Shown here piece by piece: positions 19,756 through 20,000 of a stretch of 20,000 nucleotides of DNA. This stretch comes from Ancylonema sp. (Eukaryota), in the NCBI GenBank assembly GCA_050230475.1, contig JBFLGF010000125.1, positions 58,403 through 78,402 on the forward strand, read 5' to 3'. The number at the start of each line of letters is the position of its first letter. Positions within the stretch are counted from its first letter, which is position 1. The notes under the pieces are model-generated. The model did not search any database, was not told where the DNA came from, and saw only the letters and a list, made by a program, of their open reading frames with translations. The position numbers were made by a program, and so were the translations under genes.

Positions 19756-20000
19756 GAAGGGAGGCTACCTTACCTCATGCTTCGTTTCGCTGATGTGGCA
19801 ATATCGTCATCCGATTCTTTTTTACGGCAAGTTTCGATCGGCCGAACTACCAGCCGGTACTCGATTTTCCGACTGCATGCCGGTAAGGAAAACCGCATGC
19901 CGATATTTTTTCCCTTTTTTTTTTAAAGACAGGCTATTAATGTAAAGAGAGACGCATTTTATTAAAACATGATGGGAACCCCATCTGAGTACGACACCAA

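Larger units (their letters stand above)
19107..19857. mobile_element. MITE / non-autonomous Tc1-mariner(pogo)-type DNA transposon, 751 bp
   Basis: 38-bp TIRs at 19107-19144 (ccggctggtaatttggccgatcgaaacttgccgtcaaa) and 19820-19857, with 3 mismatches. TA flanks both ends (19105-19106 and 19858-19859); the reconstructed empty site is the palindrome AGTACT. No transposase ORF. Confidence 0.85.

Noticed and set aside
19648..19761. Rho-independent terminator or tRNA/miRNA call for the hairpins
   Set aside because: Eukaryotic nuclear context, no U-tract, no cloverleaf, and 1-nt loops are atypical of miRNA precursors.

Overview
Eukaryotic nuclear DNA with GT-AG spliceosomal introns. The proteins are land-plant-like, but the genes are intron-poor with short G-rich introns, so the host is most likely a streptophyte green alga or early-diverging plant (inference). 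Two intact host genes converge tail-to-tail: an ALIX/BRO1 ESCRT-associated gene (+, 4 exons, 3256-6024, 843 aa) and a plastid ferredoxin-dependent glutamate synthase (-, 5 exons, 18570-12997, 1618 aa). Between them lie a (CA)n microsatellite, a decayed array of CxxC-type repeats, and a Ty1/copia LTR retrotransposon (8108-12532). The retrotransposon has both LTRs, a CAAGC target-site duplication, PBS and PPT, but is pseudogenised and lacks the integrase core. The left end holds what appears to be a decayed, spliced Crypton/Ndc10-like tyrosine-recombinase gene that the ORF track fragments. Next to it are a recombination-site-like palindrome and a non-coding element with short TIRs. The right end holds a 751-bp TA-flanked MITE with two internal near-perfect hairpins. 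All homology statements come from my recall of family motifs; no searches were run.
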